Positions 1-5,379 of a stretch of 5,379 nt of DNA are shown piece by piece. Numbering within the stretch: position 1 is the first letter of the stretch; each line of letters begins with the position of its first letter. A program made the translations under genes and the position numbers. Under the pieces are notes generated by a model. The model was not told the origin of the DNA. It searched no databases and saw nothing but the letters and a program-made list of their open reading frames with translations. The stretch covers positions 1-5,379 of the forward strand of contig NW_002061327.1 in the NCBI RefSeq assembly GCF_000150275.1. The letters are read 5' to 3'. This DNA is from Trichoplax adhaerens (Eukaryota > Animalia > Placozoa).

Positions 1-81
1 GTAAATTGCTCCTTCCACAATTGTATAAGTTACTGTAGGGAATTACTCCCAGACAATTAACAAGACTTAGTATGAGCTTGG

Positions 82-311
82 ATAGTAAACAACACTAATG
101 AAAAACAACCAATTATGGTGCCAATCAGCGAGCCTGAGCTCAGCACCAATACAATTAATTAATTATTGGAGCAGTGCGCTCCCATTAGCTAATCCTATAT
201 TAAACGATATTATATCTAGCTACATATAATTAATCCTTGTTGATTGCTCCATTATAGTAAACAACCAGTACTAGTGCCCCATGGTTGTCTACCAAAATGG
301 TAAACAACCAG
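82..311. repeat. Cluster of GTAAACAAC(CA) motifs in direct and inverted orientation, including a 13-bp hairpin
   Basis: Copies at 85-93, 103-111 (partial), 257-267, 282-292 (inverted, 1 mismatch) and 300-310. 282-294 and 298-310 form a 12/13 inverted repeat with a 3-nt loop. Confidence 0.7.
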
Positions 312-1193
312 GTTAATTAATTATTATTGCCTAATTTATAATTTACGGAGCTACACTTCGTAACAATAGTATAGTTTATACCTAACAGAAATAGTATACT
401 AGTAAACACACGCATTCATTGAAGTCGCTGAAAATGATGAGCTGAAATTAAATATTACAGATAAGTAAAGAGTAAAATTATCGACTTTAATGCCCAAAGG
501 TGCTAGTATTCGTATTACAGTAATCTATCTCAATAGTACGGCAATTTATTTTATCGATTTATTGCCATCTGCCAATTTATTTGCTACTGCAATGAAGAGG
601 AATGATGATTTAATGTTAATGAAGTTCTTAAATATTATTAGCGTTACATTTAACGCTTATTATATTCATACTAAGGCTTTAATGTACTTCAATCTACATA
701 GGCGTATTGAATGGATTTTGTAACCCTTTAGGTTCATAACTCACTAACTCGAAATCTGAGTCATTAAAATTAATAAAATCCCTAATGTGACGTAGTGTTA
801 CCGAACTTTATGTCACCACTGTAAATAGCTGAGATAACTATAATTGGATGGGCAAATATTGTGAGCTTACTAAGTTTTTATAGTTAATTTTAGTATATAT
901 CTTCTAAATCGAATAGGTAATACTTGAAATAATAACTAGGCAAATTGAAGGCGCCAATAAGGTGTAAAGTACGATGATGATCACCCGGAGTAAAAATGGA
1001 AGAGATTAAAGACACAGCGGTTAATACACAGCTTCCAAAATTTGGTGAGATGTAAATATATTATGATATCGTGCACTATTCTTAACCAATTTATAACCAG
1101 AACATGAACTAATTTGGCTAATAACAGAAGTCGAGGTTTATGCAAAAGTAGGCGAGCTTGTAAATGCTATAATAATTCTATGAAGACTGATGA

Positions 1194-1199
1194 TTTATT
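1194..1199 (-). promoter_or_regulatory. Candidate polyadenylation signal AATAAA
   Basis: tttatt on the + strand, about 20 nt downstream of the stop codon. The hexamer is common in AT-rich DNA, so support is weak. Confidence 0.3.
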
Positions 1200-1219
1200 T
1201 TATCTAACATTCACAACAT

Positions 1220-1318
1220 TCACATCGTTGGTATCAATGTTTCTTCGCAGTCCAAAATAGCTAATTGATGCCGAATTGCATCAATTTCCCTTTTCAATTC
1301 ATGGTAGTGTTTATAGCT
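1220..1318 (-). CDS. GABA-B2-like terminal coding exon H (99 nt): SYKHYHELKREIDAIRHQLAILDCEETLIPTM*
   Basis: Strong polypyrimidine acceptor ttttttgtttatttag. Continues the heptad pattern from exon G. TGA at 1220-1222. Confidence 0.82.
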   Translation of the reverse strand, partial: SYKHYHELKREIDAIRHQLAILDCEETLIPTM

Positions 1319-4300
1319 CTAAATAAACAAAAAAAGTATTATCGTCAACGATTTCAGAAGGAGTAATAAAATTCGAAATCTTTAACTTTTAGTCATAATT
1401 AGTATAGATAATTTTGTAGTTGCTAAGCAAATAAAAATGAATATTTACCTCTTGCAATCGAGTTCTTAACAATTCTGCATTTAATTTTTTTTCTTGTCTA
1501 CTCATCACAATCGAAGAGTTGTTGCTACCAGGAGAACAACCAATAGGCTCTACACTTGAATGTATTATACCTGTGGAGGCCCCTTCAGCATGTTTTCGAT
1601 CAAGTTTCCATTGATAAATCTACAAAATTATATTCATTATATTTAAAATTCAATCTCACTTTACTAAAAAGATTCGATTATGATCAGGAATATTTCGTTT
1701 AAAGCCGTATAAATACCTTAGGAATAAAGATAAACATTAGTGTTGTTGTACTGCAGATAAATATTAATATCGCATGGAGCACATACAGAGTTGTTGGACT
1801 AGCTCTGACGACGAAAGAAATGATACTACCTACAGCAGCCAGTAATGTGACATTGTAGATTGAAAATCCAATAAATTTTGAATCATTCAGCGCAGGAATA
1901 GTCACATTTCTTGTCTCGTAAGCCAAGAAACTGCCAATGAGTAATAATAAGAATTTATATCCAAAAACAATAGCCATCCAGACCACGATCTGGTTGCAGC
2001 TGCAGTAGTATTGTAATTGTCTACTTATGGTATTTGATTCATCTTGATTGATCTATAGTTGATAATTATAGTGGTTAATAAGAAATTGCTATTACTAGCT
2101 AATATCGTTTACGCTATGTGTGTTTATAACGTTTAATTCATTCCTTTGTATCGTCATTATTATCAAGTAAATGACTTCATTCAGAAAGCGTTTTCTTATG
2201 AGCTATCCTCTTATATTATGAGCCCTTAACATTTAAAGGATAATCAAGTGACTACCACACAAATTCACGAACAAATAGATGCTTAAAACATTTACTGAGT
2301 AATTACTGTGCTAATGTTGAACCATGCAAGAATGATAACTTAGATTGCAAATAAATTGATGGTTTAAAACCATATTCGATTCATGGAATAAAAGATAAGT
2401 ATTCCTATTGTAAATTTAATTCACGCTCAATATCAAATAATGCGATATACTATCCATTAATTGATATATAATTAGTAATACTGCTGTAATGAAATTTGTC
2501 TGTGCTGTAGTTCAGTCTATAAATGATAAATTTTACAAGAACAATTAAAATAGTCTAATTGCAACTAAAAGTCGTTGGTAATTGTAAGACGAGCCTAATT
2601 TATATAATAAGTTAAGGTATACAAGAAACTCTAGTTCTTATTCTATTATTTGAAGATATTTTATTACATCAATGTAAATATTTTTGAATGATTTTACTAG
2701 CTTTACCTGTGTTGTAATTGTAAGGTGCTTTAGCTGCATAGGGTCGATAATGGTCCAGCATAGTAAAATAATAACATCAATGATTAATAACTGGAAAACC
2801 GTCGTCAACAAATGCCAATCTTTGATAACCTAAACGAAAAGCAGGACAAAATTTATTCAATTAACCGTATAAAGAATAAAAGGCTTATGTTTAAACTATT
2901 GTAACCATTTAAAAATATTCAATGTTTGTACAAAGGATAAATTTTGCCCTCGCTAATATATGATCTTACTACAGATTGCCTAGTTTTACAAGTAAAAATT
3001 TTATGAATTCTCCATGTTTTGGCAAATAAAGCACCAAAAGCGAAAGTAAATCCAATGCATAAGAGCCAAATTTTCACTGTACAAAATGCTGGTACGGTGA
3101 TTAAAGGAACAACTCCAGAGTCGATTCCAAACACGATTATGCTAAAATAGCAAATCAAGCATCCTATAGCGCTAACGATATTAATACGAGGGCTGGATAA
3201 TTTAATATGCCTGGAAATTTAGCATACCGATATTAATAATGGCAGATGGTACAGATTTCTTTAACCTTTTACAATAGACTATGTTGATTATATTTGATAT
3301 TGATATTTAAACTTCAAACAGATGGTGATGTAAGCTCTATAGTACATAAATTTATATGGATATTAATTTATAATGCTAAAACGTCGTAACTACAATACCT
3401 GTCATGACGATAGTTTAGAGTAAAAGCAATTAAGCCGATGCAGAACAATATTCCTATTCCAGAGAGGATTGTAAACGCTATTAAGGCTGGAATTGATATA
3501 GAAATAGTTTCTGTTTCGATGGAAACATGTGATACCGGTACTCGATCACCTGTTACAAGGAGAGAACGGTACAAATGCGTTGCATTATTTTGAGAGCATT
3601 TAAGCAAGTGGTATTTATTCATGAATAGTAAATAGTATATTTACAGTCTTACCTAACCATTGAACTCGCTGATTTGGATCCCATTCAATTGTGTCAAGCT
3701 TCCTTTGGTAAATCCCAACTTGTACAGTATAGTTATCACTCTTATTGCCTTAAAGTAAATAAAACGAAGCCAAATTGTAATTAATATATAGTACGTCTAC
3801 ATAAACATTAATTATAATTATCGGTGTTTAGATAATACTATAAGACCATGTAGTTGTAATACATATAAAAGTTTGAAAAACATCGTATGCAACAGTACTA
3901 TCAACGAATACCAAAATAAGATATTGCTCGATAATTAAATAAATGTTAGTCTAAGATTATCACTTCGTTATAACTTAGCATTCTTCAAATTCGACTAACG
4001 CTTTAGTAGTTTCAACCAGCTACCGAATGTTTTACTTATGAAAGACGCCAAAATAATCGATAAGTAATAAATTATAACTAAATAGAATAGGTGAAATGCG
4101 GAAAATTATATAGAGTTTGCTCCGTAAAACGGCATGCCAAACCTTAACCTAGAATAATTTCTAGACGCAAAACTGTGAAGCGGTAATTAAAGTGAGTGTG
4201 CATTTGGATTTTCATATGCCATGGTACAATATCCTCAGTCATGATCACTTTAGATGCATCCACTATTATAATGAAGTCTGCTCTATACTTAAAGTACTAT

Positions 4301-5281
4301 AGCCATCGTAGAAAGGTCTGCAACCGTAACGAATCAAGGTACGTATTTGATGACCGAATTCAATTCCTAGTGTATAGGAGCCGTAATTAAAGGACCTATT
4401 CGTATTTATTAAGATAACAGCAATTTTATTATACTTCGGTTAAAATTATGAATAAAATTAATGATAGCGTTTGTGAGCCTTATTTAGATAGATGGAAGCT
4501 TAAATCTATCTGTGTTTGGACAAATTCTGATAGTTTTTTGTTAGCATTGTATTGAGATGCTTATATTAAGATTCTGAGATAATAATAGATAGCGCTAATT
4601 GTGTTAGTAGGGTGAGATTTTTAACGCTTTAATTAGAAGTGCGAATTATGAATTGATACACGGTAAAAAGTTACTGAACCTTTGACAGGCCTATCAAATG
4701 GTAATACTATCTGTTAAGTCAGAGGTTCGATTCCGAACCGATTTACTGTACTGTATGTCGACGTAAACTGTGGTTCGTCGGTTCGGTTGTACTACAATAT
4801 GAGTACTGTAGTAAAAGTACTGTACAGTATTGTAGTGCTGTACCGTACATTTGTACAGCATACAGTACACGGTATAAAGTTACTGAACCTCTGATAGGTC
4901 TACGACAAATGGTAATACTATCTGTTCAATGAGCACATTATCGTAAACCGTCAGCAAAGCGACGGGAGTTTGCACTAGTTATATATAAATTGTGAATATT
5001 GCTGTGATAATTCAGATAGTCCTTGGTAGTTATGAGACAAACCTGATCTTATGTAATAAAGTGAAGTTTACAAGAAACTGTAGTTCGTGTTGTATTTTTG
5101 AGAAGACACTTTATCACACTCATATAATTGTCTTATCCTCCCCATAACGAAGTTCCTCTTTCGCATACCTATCGTGCGTCATGTATAAAGGTGAAAAATT
5201 ACAAGAATATCTATGATTACCTAAAAACTGGTAGATGTAGGCGTTGGATTCCCTATCTGCACCATTAAAGTTTATTTGGCC
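1220..5281 (-). CDS. GABBR2: GABA-B receptor subunit 2-like class C GPCR, 5'-partial, 8 exons: join(complement 5221-5281, 3653-3748, 3399-3549, 2970-3210, 2707-2829, 1717-2052, 1449-1619, 1220-1318)
   Basis: Manual splicing at GT-AG sites gives a continuous 1278-nt frame ending in TGA. Family motifs: GQINFNGADR (end of VFT), IKLSSPRIN (ICL1), FGALFAKTWRIH (TM3), W..IDP (TM4), AYETRNVTIPALNDSKFIGFSIYNV (TM5-ICL3-TM6), FIPK (TM7 end), then a coiled coil. No cysteine-rich domain lies between VFT and TM1, which separates GABA-B from mGluR/CaSR. ICL1 and ICL3 match GABA-B2 rather than GABA-B1. The symbol means 'GABBR2-like'; strict orthology is not shown. Confidence 0.93.
1449..1619 (-). CDS. GABA-B2-like exon G (171 nt, phase 0-0): proximal C-tail and start of the coiled coil (IYQWKLDRKH...KKLNAELLRTRLQE)
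   Basis: Acceptor aattttgtag; donor GAG|gtaaat. 57 open codons in the frame continuing from exon F. Confidence 0.85.
1717..2052 (-). CDS. GABA-B2-like exon F (336 nt, phase 0-0): ECL2, TM5, TM6, TM7 (INQDES...YYCSCNQIVVW...FIFIPK)
   Basis: Overlaps ORF 1699..1986(-). Acceptor aactatag; donor gtattt directly after the PK codons. Contains ETRNVTIPALNDSK. Confidence 0.95.
2707..2829 (-). CDS. GABA-B2-like exon E (123 nt, phase 0-0): TM4 (VIKDWHLLTTVFQLLIIDVIILLCWTIIDPMQLKHLTITTQ)
   Basis: Acceptor tttcgtttag; donor gtaaag. Has the IKD..L and ID..IL..W...DP motifs of GABA-B TM4. Not in the ORF track. Confidence 0.93.
2970..3210 (-). CDS. GABA-B2-like exon D (241 nt, phase 2-0): ICL1, TM2, TM3, ICL2 (HIKLSSPRIN...FCTVKIWLL...FAKTWRIHKIF...RQSV)
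   Basis: Overlaps ORF 2919..3158(-). Acceptor aaatttccag; donor gtaaga. A weaker in-frame donor (gtagta) lies 3 nt upstream in transcript orientation. Confidence 0.94.
3399..3549 (-). CDS. GABA-B2-like exon C (151 nt, phase 1-2): stalk and TM1 (DRVPVSHVSIETETISISIPALIAFTILSGIGILFCIGLIAFTLNYRHD)
   Basis: Lies inside ORF 3368..3622(-). Acceptor ttctctccttgtaacag; donor gtattg. Contains a hydrophobic TM helix. Confidence 0.92.
3653..3748 (-). CDS. GABA-B2-like exon B (96 nt, phase 1-1): (G)NKSDNYTVQVGIYQRKLDTIEWDPNQRVQWL(G)
   Basis: Acceptor tttatttactttaag; donor gtaaga. The VG.Y...D..E..W.G pattern is typical of the VFT end. Frame is compatible with both neighbours. Confidence 0.88.
   Translation of the reverse strand, partial: AIRVITILYKLGFTKGSLTQLNGIQISEFNG
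4657..4926 (+). repeat. Imperfect ~60-bp direct repeat, copies at 4657-4715 and 4866-4926 (209-bp period)
   Basis: tacacggtaaaaagttactgaacctttgacaggcctat--caaatggtaatactatctgtt versus tacacggtataaagttactgaacctctgataggtctacgacaaatggtaatactatctgtt: 5 substitutions and one 2-nt indel by manual alignment. Confidence 0.92.
4657..4978 (+). mobile_element. Putative non-autonomous Helitron-like element (3' end defined, 5' boundary uncertain) in the intron 3749-5220
   Basis: GC-rich hairpin CCGTC-a-GC-aaa-GC-GACGG (4948-4965), a 9-nt spacer, then CTAG (4975-4978) followed by T: the canonical Helitron 3' terminus. Upstream are a direct repeat and many palindromes. No Rep/helicase coding sequence is visible. 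Confidence 0.6.
5221..5281 (-). CDS. GABA-B2-like exon A (61 nt, phase 0-1): GQINFNGADRESNAYIYQFL(G), C-terminal part of the Venus flytrap domain
   Basis: Acceptor aattaacag with an upstream branch-like tgctaac; donor gtaatc. Resembles GABA-B2 [20 protein letters not shown]. Not in the ORF track. Confidence 0.88.
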
Positions 5282-5379
5282 CTGTTAATTGAAAAATTCC
5301 GTTAGCATAATGATTATACTCCTACTGATTATTTTTCGTTTCTCTATAGCCTGGAAAGTTTACGAAAATTAGAAAATTT

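Noticed and set aside
490-723. 77-aa + strand ORF
   Set aside because: AT-rich, low-complexity composition, no recognisable motif and no supporting exon structure; likely a chance ORF.
1223-1234. C-terminal PDZ ligand (IPTM)
   Set aside because: Pro at position -2 does not fit class I (S/T-x-hydrophobic) and fits class II poorly.
1316-1572. Alternative splicing via an internal CAG|GTATAA donor (1569-1570) or the tandem AG-AG acceptor (1317-1320), giving truncated tails
   Set aside because: Possible on paper, but there is no transcript evidence; the main model keeps frame and the coiled coil.
2359-2373. Palindrome ATGGTTT-A-AAACCAT in an intron
   Set aside because: Isolated 7-bp AT-rich stem, within chance expectation.
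3550-3622. N-terminal part of ORF 3368..3622 (MNKYHLL...) as a protein start
   Set aside because: It is intronic read-through; the real exon begins at the acceptor at 3549/3550. The tails of ORFs 3368..3622, 2919..3158 and 1699..1986 likewise run past donor sites.
4196-4390. 64-aa + strand ORF in the long intron
   Set aside because: GTG start, antisense within an intron, and no domain or transposase motif.
4179-4392. 13/14-nt direct repeat AGC(G/C)GTAATTAAAG exactly 200 bp apart
   Set aside because: Matches of this quality are expected by chance in 5 kb of AT-rich DNA, and there is no extended similarity.
4685-4745. Functional tRNA gene
   Set aside because: No acceptor or anticodon stem can be formed and the arm spacings are too short; kept only as a B-box observation.
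4657-4926. Direct repeats as a CRISPR array or LTR pair
   Set aside because: Only two ~60-bp diverged copies with a 150-bp gap in a eukaryotic intron; no cas genes, and no TG..CA termini, PBS or PPT.

Overview
AT-rich eukaryotic (animal) genomic DNA. The window holds the 3' half of a spliced, minus-strand class C GPCR gene of the GABA-B receptor family, closest in motif content to GABA-B2 (GABBR2). I reconstructed eight GT-AG exons (5221-5281, 3653-3748, 3399-3549, 2970-3210, 2707-2829, 1717-2052, 1449-1619, 1220-1318; 1278 nt, 425 aa plus stop). They splice in frame and encode the end of the Venus flytrap domain, the stalk, all seven TM helices and a short C-tail with a coiled coil. The 5' exons lie beyond the right edge. 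The largest complete intron contains a probable non-autonomous Helitron-like element (about 4657-4978) with a 3' hairpin plus CTAG|T end, a ~60-bp direct repeat, nested palindromes and a perfect Pol III B-box. Bases 1-375 form a second structured, repeat-like segment built on a GTAAACAACCA motif. Short AT-rich introns suggest a compact early-branching animal genome such as a placozoan, but this is inference only. I found no convincing evidence of a wholly new biological system; the most interesting items are the repeat elements, the exon architecture and the receptor tail.
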